Of a stretch of 64,000 nt of DNA, positions 22,950 to 35,181 are shown one piece after another. Made by a program: the position numbers and the translations under genes. Numbering within the stretch: the first letter of the stretch is position 1; each line of letters begins with the position of its first letter. This DNA comes from Amoebophrya sp. A120 (taxonomy: Eukaryota; Protista; Dinoflagellata), in NCBI GenBank assembly GCA_905178155.1, contig CAJINV010000024.1, positions 8,310-72,309 of the forward strand. The letters run 5' to 3'. The notes under the pieces were generated by a model. The model made no database searches. It worked only from the letters and a program-made list of their open reading frames with translations, and was not told the origin of the DNA.

Positions 22950-25900
22950 AGGCATTTCTCATCTTCATACCTTTTCTTCCGTATGTCGACTCAAAGTCCG
23001 GCAGGTTATCCTTCCAAGACGAGAACATCAGTGAGATGTTTCCCTGCACTACCGGCAAGGCGTTTTGGTGACAGACTCGGAGCCAATTCCAGCGAAAGTG
23101 TAGGCCGGACCACTTCGCACCTGTGCCGGTAGACTCGCGTCGCCAAAATTCTGCCCGCGTCCGGAAGTCCCTCTGAAATATGGAATGCCAGTGCGGGTGT
23201 ATCGCGGATTGATTTCGAGCATGTCCCTTCTCCTCCCGGAACATTAATCTGCATAGCTGCGCTTCTATCCAGTCCTGGTTTGGCAGCTCGAAGGGTCGCG
23301 GATGAGGATTCAGGCAGTAACCTGTAGTAGAGGAGTATAATGGGGTATTGATTCTTTGTATCCAAAGCTCCGACGATGCCTTTCTCTACCATTCCCTGAT
23401 CTACTTCGTAAGTACCGCAAAGGCAGGTGCATGCGAATACAAGTGCTGCCACTCAGAAAAAATAGTTCAAGTTGCATTGAATTCAAACAGGCACAAGTTA
23501 GCTCTGTACCATAAGTTGTAATAAAACGAGAGCTCCCGAACTCGTATATTTTTGACGTTGCTTGGAACAGATACTCTGTGGCCATGCCAATGCGGCATCG
23601 CTGCTCCCTCAGCAAGTGCTTTTCGTAGGCATCGGCAGCTTTGCCCGGATCCTCCTCTTGACCTGCAGGGACGATAAGATCATCGAAAACAACTTTGGTG
23701 TGCGACGACTGGCCAAGTGGATCATCCCAGACAACAACGTGTTTCGCTTCTTCGCGATTTGTACTCGAGTTTGCACCGTGTTCCGCAGAGGCATTGCCTG
23801 TGGTGGAAGGCAACCGCTCATGAAAGGCGTATGCATAAAAATCACGCCTTTGCTGAAAACTTGCTGCGCCAAAAATTGCACTCCTTTTGCTGGCTTCATG
23901 ATGGCGGGCAGGAGAGGTAAAAACGAGAATGGAAAGCACAAGACACAGGTTGTCGTCTGTCTACCTTCCAGATGGAATTCTTTTTCATGCAAAAGCACCG
24001 CAAATTCGTAGCGTAATTGAGTATAAAAAGCGGCGAACAAGCAGCATAGAACGTTTTTTGTCGAATAAAAATTCCCACACTTCTTTGAAAAACTCCTTGT
24101 CTTGTGGCACGCAACCAGATTTTAGTCGTACAGCGCTGTACACGGTCGCTTCTTCAAAAGGCCAATTGTTTACTTCATCCTTCAGCCACACTTTATCCTC
24201 AAAGAATGCCTGTGGGAAGTTGACCTTGCAAAACGGCATCATGGCCATAATTGTGACGACCTGAATAATTGATTTTGCGTTCTTTGATTTTCAGCAAGAG
24301 TGCCGTCATGCTCCTTCACGAGTACGAAGCGAATCGAGAGTAGAAAAAATCTTGGGCATTCTTGCTACCTACACTTTGATCAGAATCCACCAAACGTCGA
24401 CTTCGCAAAGAACAAAAAAAAGTCCTCACCCTCCATGTATCGGGATCAAATCGCTTTTCGAAGGCCACATCATTTTCTGTGATACGTTCTGCCAAAATCC
24501 GGTTCGCGTCTTCTAGGTGGTCGACTCCAAGGTCAACGTCAGCATTCCAGAAATCTCTAGGCCGCTTGTCCTTCAGCTTTTCCTTCACAACCTCCAGAAA
24601 CAGGTTCTCGCAACTTGCTGCAGCCCCAACATATTCCTGCCGGGTCTTCAATGATGCCACCTTCGGTTCATTCGAAGTGATATTTTCTGGGACGAAAGGA
24701 TTGCCGCTGCCACGATCTTGCCCTGACTCTGTGGCAACTGCGCTACCAGGTGGTCGCCAGGCTGCTGAAGAGCTCGAGGAGCCGCCTTCTACGACACGAG
24801 CTCCAGAATCTGCACCACCACCATCACGACCTGCAGGTGGGCTTTCATCGGGAAACTGTGCCTGCTCTGCAGGTTCCGGTCTGTCGTCATCTTCGTCGGG
24901 AACCGCTTCCGGCTCTTCGTCGAAGTACTCATCGCCATTTGCCACAGAGACAGCTTCCAGGCTTGACAGTACAGATATTTGTCCGTCGTCTGATAAGTTT
25001 TCACCTTCATCGAAGCTATCATCTGGGTTTTCACCCTCCCGTGAAGGGTGTTGGTCTTCGTCTTCTTGTGCGCCGGTACCGACCACGTCCGATCCTTGTG
25101 TGCTCGAGGATACATGCCCGCTGTGCTCATTAGCGCGGCCGCCTGCAGTGTGGGCACCAGTTGCCGTGCGAGGAGTCCCAGGGGAACTCGAGGCACCAGC
25201 GGGTGAGGAACCAGGAGCACCTTCCCCTGTCGGATAGTTGATGTTTCCCGTACGTGCTGAAGCTCCTTGCGCGGAACAGCTCTGGCTGTCTAGAATCGGA
25301 TTTGACGTGGCTGTGCTTGAGCTACTTGAACGTTGGCCCAAAAGATCGATCCTGCCACTACCCTCAGCTGACGACTGGTCAGTTCCAACAGCAACGCCAC
25401 AACCCGAATCACTACTCGCAGCCGTCGTGGACTGTAGTTCTGCACTGTCGGACGTGCCTGTGCGCGGTCGCATTTGCGCCGTGTCTGTTCCGTCTTGCTG
25501 CGGCAACACCTCCTGCTGTGCAACACTTGATGTGGCAGCAGAGTGGAGAAGTTCTTGGTCTTGCTGCAGTTCGAGATCCTGATCATGAAGGCTGGTAGTT
25601 CCCGGCGACTGGTTGCCTTCCTCGCCTTCTCTTGTCCTTTGCTGTGCCCCCGCTGCGGGGTTTTGTTCAGCACTGCTCATCGTTTGCTCGGTGCTGGGAC
25701 TACAACCACTCGTACTATCCGTCTGATCAGCACTTTCCGGAGGATCAGGCGGTGACGCGGACGGAGCAGATGATGGTGGCTCACGGCTACCCGCTGCTGG
25801 TACTTCACCTGCTTGAGCTTCTACAGCATCCGGGTCAGCTGCAGGACTGGTTGCAGTTGCCGGACTTGCAGTCGAAGCCGCGGTGGTCGGTTCAGCAGGT

Positions 25901-28900
25901 ACTGCCGGCTGAGCCGGCACCGCAGCAGCAGGAACCACTACTGGCGCAGTGGCGGAAACGGGCCCTGCAACGTGCGCAGCAGGCCCGGGTGGACCGGCCG
26001 GTGCTGGTGCCGGTACTGCTGCAACACCAGGGGTCGGACCTGCAGGTTTTGGCTTTGGTTTCGCCGGCGCTAGAAACTCCGCTCCATAAACAGGTCCCGG
26101 GGGGAACAAGGTTGACAACACTGACGACGGTGAGCTCTGAGAAGGAGGAGAAAGCGGTTGGAGGTGCTGCGGAGGTGGAGCTGTTGTGTCTGCGTGCCCA
26201 CCTCCCTGAGGACCATCATTGCCGAGGGCTGTTGGTGGGCCGCTAGGGTTTCCTCCATGTGGATCACCACCGCCACCACCACCTCCATCCCCGTTGAAAA
26301 TTCTTGTCGGGACCAAAATATTCGGCTTATACCCGCCGCCGAAGCCGCCAAACGGATTATACGCATCACCGTCCCCAGACCCCAGCTCTGCTTTCTGTTT
26401 GTTCCCCTCGCTAACGTTGCCCATATGCACTGCTAAGCCGGTAGCACCAGCGAGAAGACAAACGGCGATGATAGTGATAATGATGGTTGAGAGCGAGGAG
26501 GCTAAAAAAGCGCCACAGGGGCCCGCGGAGGATGCTGAGGATGAGGAGGGGTCCTCTGTCAGGGGGAGAAATTTGTCTTGCGAAAGGTCGTCGGGGTCAA
26601 CAACATCTTCACATGCAAATAGAGTTGGTGTCCTCGTCGTGTCACTTCGCGCTTCCTCGTCGAAAGTTCGTGTCGCAGATACCGAGCATGCGGTTTTGTT
26701 CCCGGAAGCACGAGCAAAGTCTCCTCCTGTGTCATCTTCCGCCTTCTGAGGCTGCTGATGTGGCAGAGAGGAATTTTTATCTGCTTCCCTTTCAGGAAGT
26801 TCCTGAGCATTTATTCCATCTATCTCCTCCTCAGAGGATGACACCAGCTCTGGCTCGTGCTCTTCTGGCGGTTCGTTTCCACAATCTCGCTTTATGCCGG
26901 TTTTCAACATTTTCGCCCCTTCGCAAGCCGACTTTCCGTTGACGTTCTCCTTTTGATCCGCATCGCCGCCGTGATTTTCATCCTGCGCAGCGCCGTCGTC
27001 CTGTCGTCGTTTCAAGGGCTCCACTTGTTCCTCACCATCGGTTGCAGTGCCCTCGAGAGCAGTCGAGTTGTAGGAGTAGCTCTCTTGTTTCGCCAAAAGC
27101 GGTAAAAACGCCGTTTGATCGATGTATTCCTCTTCGTAAATGTCCGACAGCCGGCGGCCCTTCCATTTCGTCGTCTTCCCTTTGATGTCTTCTTCATTGA
27201 CCAAATTTTTCGGCGTTTTCAGTAGTAGCTTTTGCTGTCTCTTCTTGCTGGTTCCTTCACGACCTACGTCGCCTGGCTGCAAACTCGCAAAATCATTCTG
27301 AAGATCGTCATCTCCCGGTGCTGGCGCCTCCAAATACTTCAGCACCGTCTGCGCGTCCCACCGCCTTTCCCACCGCCACCGCAGCGTGACCTGCAGTAGT
27401 GATACCAGATGGCCGAAGAGCGCGGCGTCTTGCTCTTCCCACCTGCGGGATTTCGAATACAGAATCCGGACCCGGGAATCTGCCACCGCGAACTGCGCCC
27501 GCATCCCGCAGCCCTCTAAGTGCTCGTACGGCGCCCGCCCGTACAGCAATTGGTAGAGGATGATCCCCAAGGCCCAAACATCAGCCGCCGGCCGCATCTT
27601 CAAACTCGCCGACCCCTCGTCGGGTTGGTAAAACGCCTCGGGCGGCATGTAGCGCGGCGTGCCGCACTGGCGGTCGCGGGAAACGTGGATTATACCCTCA
27701 TCCTTGTTGATCCCCCGCGCGTATCAAATGTAAAAATGTCCGGGTCTGGAAGAATTCACGTTTGTCATGCTTGTCTGGCATGACTCTTAAATCTGTCATG
27801 CACGTTACCCAAGAGCTCCGCGTTTCTGTGATGCAGACGCGCAGTTTGTCATGCAGAATAGGCAACACCAAGGAGCTCAGAAACTTGTCATGCTGAGCCA
27901 GCACTTGTGGCCGCCTCATGATACGCCAACCAGCATCACAAGTTTCCAGACCCAGACATTTTTACATTTGATAGCGCGAGGCCGAAGTCAGAGACCTTCA
28001 CGATGTTGTCCACGATGAGGAAATTCGCGGGTTTCAGGTCAAAGTGGATCAACTATCAAAGTGAAAAAAGCCCCCACCCCATATCGGAAACGGGAGATGC
28101 GCGAATTTGTGATGCTGTATCTGAGTACACAAATCGACTTGTATTGCTAGAATGCCAAGAGACGAAGCTGCGGCCGAAATTGCAGGCAATCTGTCATGCT
28201 GTTTCCCACTTCCAGTTGCCTCCTGTCATCCTGGAGCTGCAAGGCTTTCCCACGCTAGACAGCACTCCAGTCCGCATCTTTTCCCTTCTAGCATCACAAA
28301 GCTGATTTGTGGCCCCAAATCTGCATCACAGATTTCCGTTTTGATATGGGGATGGGGTATTTTTCATTGTAATATCAACCCGAGGCTGTGGATGGCCGCG
28401 ACGCCCGCGACCATGTCCCGCCAGAGGTTGCGGATGTCGTAGATAGAAAAGATCTCGTAGTTTTTCCGAAGAAAGGAATGCAGGTTGGGTATCGGAGGGG
28501 AAAGGAGGTCCTTTGGTTGTCCAATGGAGAGGATATTTTGTCATGCTCATCAATCACGTGGTACAAAATGGCAATGACAAATTGCATGCGCCTGCGGCTG
28601 CACGACTCGTCCTACGAGTCAATGAATATGCACAAGCTGCTTCTTGCCGCACGCATCATGCATGCCATCTTCTTAATCGCGGTGTAGAATCAGAGAAAGT
28701 TTCTCTTTCAAACAAACCAACACAATCCTTTCCATCCCATACCACAGTCCGCGAATTCCAGCAAAATGTGGATCACCAAATCTTTTGAAAAAAATTTCGC
28801 TTCGCCGATCATCTTCACTACCCGCAGCTCGTCCGCATTGTGTTTACCATTCGGGGTAGTTCCGGCATTCGCGGCCCGATTTTTGTCCCGCAAAGCCCGC

Positions 28901-30903
28901 AGCCAGTTGACCTCCATGGCGAACGAGCGCATTTGCCTCGCGTCCCGAGCATAGACGACTTTGAGTGCGTAGCGGGTGGCACATAACTGAGAACCTTGCT
29001 CCTTGGTTCGACTTGCACTGCTGCTTGTTCCATTGTGCTGACCACTTCGCGACGCGTTATGGTTGGAGCTATAGTTGCCCCCACGACTGCCCGATCCCGA
29101 GGTCGTAGTAGTTGATCCTGTATCTCCCACACAGGTTCGCAGATCAACGCACTCGAACACCTCCGCTGATCCGCCCTTCCCGATCCGCTTCACAACTTCG
29201 AGCAATAAAGTCGGTTTGTTGAAGTCCACGTGATGGTTGTCAACCACCTGTTCGCCCATGCAGATGACCATGCCAGGGCCAACGCGGGCGGTGGCGGTCA
29301 CAGCGATGTTTTTCCGCTGGATAAACGCAGCCGTGGAGAGTAGCGAGTCGTTTTCCCGGTACGAAGTCCGGCAGTCCTCGTCGTTGAAATACTCCGGTAG
29401 GTCGCTCGGGGAATTGAGAAAAGGGGCGTTGTGGCGCCCGTAGACAGGGATCGTGCTGCAGCCCGCGGAGGGGGGGTGTAGAGGGTCTTTTTGAGGGGAA
29501 AAACCATTCGCCGCTTCTGCCTTCGCAGGACACGTCACTTCCACATTGGGGAGATCGGCGCTGGGTCCACTAGCATGATCCCGGGGAACACGATCGGTGT
29601 CCTTCTGGATGTCTTTGCCATCAGGCACAGGAGAAGTATCGACCTTTTCTGCGCACCGTGGTGATATCGGCGCAGAGTCCTCCGGGACGATAGGCGCGTG
29701 GCGGTTGTCGGCCTTGATGTCGTTGCTGTACCCTTCAGAGCTGGTGGTGTCACGAGGATTTCTGATATAAAAGCCGCGACGTCCATTTCCATATTTCTCC
29801 CCTTCAGCTACAGGCTGAGCCTCTTCTTGATTCTGGTGAAGCACTGACTCCACATTTCGTTGTAGCTCGTTCTTACCGTTGGATGTACCAACCACAGGAG
29901 CAACCTTTCGCAAATCCGCCTGGTAGACGAAGTCTTGCAGTCCTTGAGGCTGCTGGTCGTTCTGGCCAGCATTTTGGTGTCGCTCCTGCGGTGCGGCGGG
30001 CTGTGTGTCACCGTTTTCGCAGTCGGCATTGCTTTCGAAACTGGTTTCTCTGTTTTCCAGCCGCCCTGTGGCTGTGTGGGAGTTCTTGTGCTTGTTGTCG
30101 CGATAGGCATCAGTGAGGCCCGCATGGTCCTCAACATCATGTCTGACCCTGGGAGCAGCCACGGAATAAGATCTCTCGGAGGTGGTCTCTCTGTTCGGAT
30201 TGTAGGACGAATATTGGTCAAGGTCATCTCGTGTCGCCGCAGGCCGTATTTCCACTTGGCCGCGGCCAGGGCGCCGGGCAGGAGGAGCTCCACCACCTAC
30301 ATCGGTTCTTAATATCACATCATCCTCAATCGTACTTGTCGCTGCCGGTCTCCTGACATCGTTTTGGTCTTGGTAATACGAGCTTCCATAATTACCGGTG
30401 GGCAAAGTGGTGTTCACTATGCCGTCGTACGACGTCGCGTTATTTCGTTCATGGGCGCGAGGGTCACGTGGGCCGCCAACCACATCCCGTGCAGCTTGTT
30501 GCCACTCATACGCTGCCTCTTCTCGAACACCTTCTCCCGGTGCATGTTGTCCCACGTCGGCTCCAGCATTTGCGGCCTGTGCATGACAAACTTTCGGCTC
30601 GAAATCGAGTGTGGTCGCAGTATGCAACGCCGACGTTGCTTGCGTGGGAACTGGGGCGACAGGTAAAGGGTAGCTGGGTACGTCATGCTCTTCTTGGACA
30701 AAGCGCGCACGGTTATTTTCGAAGCGTCTATTCGTGTTACCCGGCACTGCTAAGTCGCGGCCGGCGTTAGAAGTAGCTCCACATGGAGGCTGTATGCAAC
30801 CGTGCGGATCTGGATGGTGAGGGTTCAAATTTTTACATTGGTCAGATGGAATCGCGGGTCGTGCGGGATTGTCGTTGAAATGGTGGCTGCGCCGGTCGCT
30901 CAT
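22950..30903 (-). CDS. Mps1/TTK-like protein kinase followed by a TM helix, a Pro/Ser/Thr-rich stalk and domain copy 3
   Basis: RIGKGGSAEVFE, YALKVV; after removing two introners, AIHSLGLIHFDLKPANFLIVDNIVKVSDFGLARGINKDEGIIHVSRDRQCGTPRYMPPEAF..DVWALGIILYQLLYGRAPY, recalling Mps1 (HSDLKPANFLIV..DFG..GTxxYMPPEA). TM LSTIIITIIAVCLLAGATGLAV; then SCENLFLEVVKEK..DFWNADVDLG. Confidence 0.85.
27722..27973. mobile_element. Introner family A, immediately after kinase DFG
   Basis: TIR TATCAAATGTAAAAATGTC / GACATTTTTACATTTGATA; perfect repeat GCGCG; removal gives DFGLA|RGIN. Confidence 0.95.
28054..28374. mobile_element. Introner family B, just before the kinase catalytic loop
   Basis: Family B TIRs; perfect repeat TCAAC; removal gives SLGL|IHFDLKPAN. 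Confidence 0.95.
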
Positions 30904-32033
30904 AGGGTACAGGTCCAGGTTGCGCCACAGTCTGAGGGAACGCCAGTCACTGGCTTTTAGGCAAAAATAAAGGGGTGTTGCTCCGTTTGTCGATGTCGAT
31001 ATCCTTGGGCGGGTGTTGCTCCATAACTTATTGTACAACTTTTACTCGAATAAACAAATAGTCACGATCAACCCTTTTCGGCGGATGAGGTACTACAACT
31101 GCTGCATGCGCAAAAATCCGATCCTCGTGAAGAGGACTGCTCGTCCCGAATGCGTCTTTCAGCCTGTTCTTGCGCCCTTCGGATCTTCTCCACCCGCGAC
31201 TACGAGATTGTAAGAACGCCTTCAGATGAGCAACAAGCTTGTGCTCCGTGCGGGTTTGGCGTTGGCGTCTCCTCGAATTGAAGGTAGATACAACTGCTCC
31301 ATGCGCCGTGTCCGTGGGTTCAATTGTACAAATAAACTCCTTTCTAAAGATGAAAAGTCGCAGAGTTTTTATCTATGAATTTGCGTGCTGCTGAAACTGA
31401 AACCGGTGGGGTGAATGCTGAGTGTCTTACAAAATTTTTTGTGCTCCGGCATCTACTTATCATACGTGGAAAAATGAAACAGTTGAAAGTGAAAGCGGTT
31501 CTTTTTCTCTACATTCTCGTCCCGTATATCGATAAAACAATGTTGAGTAACTACAAAAGAGCTTCCAAGCTGTGCTAGTCATCATACACTAAACTACTAA
31601 ATTCCAGAGACGTTGCCGGCTTTCAAAGGCAGTCTCATGGAGGAATTGAATCTAGGGCTATGTCTACGTACTGAAACAATGGTCGCCAATATACCGCAAC
31701 CACAACTGGAACTGCCCGTGCCTGAAGCGATGTCGAAAAAACGATTGTTATTATTGAAACACATAGAGTCGTGCTGAGACGATGCCACGACGACGAGAGG
31801 CGATCCGACAGAACGACTAAATGCGATTAGATTTATTTCCATAAAGCGATTTTAATTTCAGGTTGCGAGAAGAAGCAGATGATTTTCACAAGCAAGATCA
31901 GTTTGGGCGATGAGAAGTAAAAAAGGGGTTTTCGATTTTGACTTTTGCGAATTAGTGTTCATCTTGAGAGCATCGCACTACTAGTGCCATTTCTGCAGGC
32001 ACTATGTTGGAACTGGATCACGGTGATGAACTA

Positions 32034-33083
32034 TGTTGGAAATGGATTGTATATGCGTATCGTATTTTTATTTTTTCAGTTGTTTTTTGCAAATTAGTCG
32101 TGCCTTGAGGCACATGCCCAATAACTGCGGAGGGGTAGCGGAGGGTGTAGGCGGCACATGCAGAATCGCAGTGCCGTCCTGGTAGCAGAAGTGTAATAAT
32201 AGATGGTATCTGCTTTCAAAAAGTAAGCGCTTTGCACTTTTAGTACTATCCGCAGCTAATGCTGCGTCTAATCGACTGCAACTTGCCCTCCGCCCCCCCT
32301 CCGCTAGGCGAGTGTCAAGAGGTGATACCATGCTGAAAAGCTTTTTATTCGTTTTTACTTTTGTTTTTCGCTTTTTTTCCCGCTTTTGCAAGTTTTCAAA
32401 ATTCAGCATGCTATGGGGCACATGCCCAGCAACTGCGGAGGGGTAGCGGAGGGTGTAGACGGCACATGCAGAATCGCAGTGCCGTCCTGGTAAGAGAAGT
32501 TCAATAATAAATGCCATCTGTTGTCAAAAAGTAAGCAATTTACACTTTTCATACTATCCGCAGCTAATTCTGGGTCTAATCGACTGCAACTTGCCCTCCG
32601 CCACCCCTCCGCTGGGCGAGTGTCAAGAGGTGTTACCATGCTTAAAAGCTTTTTATGCGTTTTCACTTTTGTTTTTAGCTTTTTTTGTCGGTTTTGCAAG
32701 TTTTCAAAATTCAGCATGCTATGAGGAACATGCCCAGCAACTGCGGAGGGGTAGCGGAGGGTGTAGACGGCACATGCAGAAGCGCAGTGCCGTCCTGGTA
32801 GCAGAAGTGTAATAATAAATGGCATCTGCTTTCAAAAAGTAAGCACTTTGCACTTTTAGTACTATCCCCAGCTAATTCTGGGTATAATCGACTGCAACTT
32901 GCCCTCCGCCCCCCCTCCGCTAGGCGAGTGTCAAGACGTGACACCATGCTGAAAAGCTTTTTATGCGTTTTTGCTTTTGTTTCTCGTTTTTCGTTTTTTT
33001 TGTCGGTTTCGCAAACTTTTAAACTTCAAAATGCTATACGTATCCTATACGGATTCAAAATCATATACACGCCATTTCCAACA
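32034..33083. repeat. Three tandem 308-bp units bounded by imperfect inverted repeats (MITE-like)
   Basis: GCACATGCAGAA recurs at 32154, 32462, 32770; ends TGTTGGAAATGGATTGTATATG / CATATACACGCCATTTCCAACA. Confidence 0.8.
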
Positions 33084-35181
33084 CGCATATACGTGAGTCT
33101 GGTGATTCACCAGACTCACTGACATTGACCTTGACGTAGTAGTTGATCTCATCGCAAGTGAACGTTAGCGGAGCAGCAGGTAGTATTTTGAGAATAGGAC
33201 TGTGCAGCACATCATGTCCATCTTCCTCCCGCATGCTTCAACGTCGTCGATTTCAAGGGAGGTTCTTTGGGCTATTCATACATGGAGTGCTGCAACGATC
33301 ATGATCATGTTGATCCTGCATCCGTAGCCGGAATAAACCGTGTTGCCCTTCTTCGAGCGGACGAAGCTGTGGTGGGAAGGAGAAGAATTACAGTAGAGGC
33401 GCGTTTATGTCGCAGCTCACAATGGATCATTATCACCTGCTCTTCGGATCAGCACAACTACTCCAAGCGCATTTTGGTTGAACCGTCGAGAAGTAGTTTT
33501 TTTGGCATCCTCCACAAGAAGTGGCCGATTCGCAGGTCTCGTTGTCTTCGCCCGTTACGTCTATTGATTTTTCGCCAAACTCCACCTCCCGCATCAGCCT
33601 AGCCTAGTACAACAACGTCATTTTCTTATTTTTGGGAAAAGGTAGAAGAACTAACTCGTGCTCCGACAAGGTCTAAGACTTGCACTTCTACTCCACTTCA
33701 GGCCTAAATACTAAGCGTCAACCACAAATTCAGCAACGCTGCGCTTGTTCCAACAACATGTTCCAACAGAAAACGAACTTGTTCTACACGCAATTATCAA
33801 ACAAGGACAAGGAGAAGAACGGCACAACCCGCGGACGACGCAAGGAACAGAGCGAGATTTTAGCTTTCGCATCGCAATCATTTTTGTGCACTGGTCGTTA
33901 AAAAGTAGAGCAGCCGGCCGCAGTTGCAGCCACGCTAGGCGACCTAGCCTGCATAGCCACTGCCGCTGGAGGTTAGGTATAGCGTAGCTGCAACGGCGGC
34001 TGGCTGCTGTCAGCACTGCAGACGAGACAGCTGCTAATTCTTTATAGCAACTGTCTCGTCTGCATGGTATGTATATTTTTTTTGTCATCATAAGCTTTTG
34101 GTACAAGGGATAGAAATTCATTTTCAACTACTGCTTCCGAGTTTCTTTTTCATCCTCGATCGACTTTTTTTCCACAACGCAATTGATCGACATAATTGTT
34201 TCTTCTGTCGTGATACGGTGGCTACTGACTTGCTAACTTTCAAGTCAAATAAAACTCTCATCGACCACCTACGTGTAATACTGGATCATGATCGGGGATC
34301 AGAATTTGTAATGCTAATTTCGAATATCATAAATAGTTTGTAATGCTAATTTCGAATAGTAATTGACTAGTTTTGAGATGGACAAAAACCACAAATCTTC
34401 GTAGTTCGCGTTTCGTGTTTGTCAGCTTGTAATGCCAATTCTGCATCTGTCATGCTACGCACGCGCATCCCGCGACATAGACCACAATTGTAGTTGCGTC
34501 ACACAGCCGCGGCATGACAGGGCTTGTGAATATCCTGTCCACATAACGGCACAGAAATATTTTGGTTACACAGGTGAAACACGCAAAAAATCTTCCTATG
34601 AATGTGAGACAGGATTCATCGATTGGTGTGGAATAAAAGGTTTCAATTCACAACTTGAATACTTACATTTTGGATCGTCTATAAGTGTACATCAAAAACC
34701 GGAATTTCGTCCTTATTGACTTCTGACAAACATCGACAATTCTATACTAGCTGGTGAGCACATTTCGATTTTTTCCTATACCGTTCTTTAAGTGAGTGCT
34801 CAGAGTCGTGAGACTTATTTCTTCCCCTCTCCCGAAGTAGACTTACTCGAAAAGGAGAGAGGGTCGTCCATCTGATGAATGATTTGTGACTAAAGTAGTG
34901 CTGGTAGGCCGCTTTATGATGACAGTCATCTTACGTTAAAAATAGAAAAACAAAACAAGTACAGAACTGGCTGAGAAGAAGTTTGTTCACGGAAATAAAG
35001 TAAAGTCACTCCTGGTAGGAGGCATTCAGCTAGAATTTCAAACATTTGCATTTCAGAAAAAATATTAGTAGAGAGAAACCTATTGTACAATTTTGGAGGA
35101 AGAACAGAAGAATAAAAGAAGACCACTACTACATTTTTCCGCAACTATACTACAGCGGTTAACGAAATAAGACGCCCTACT

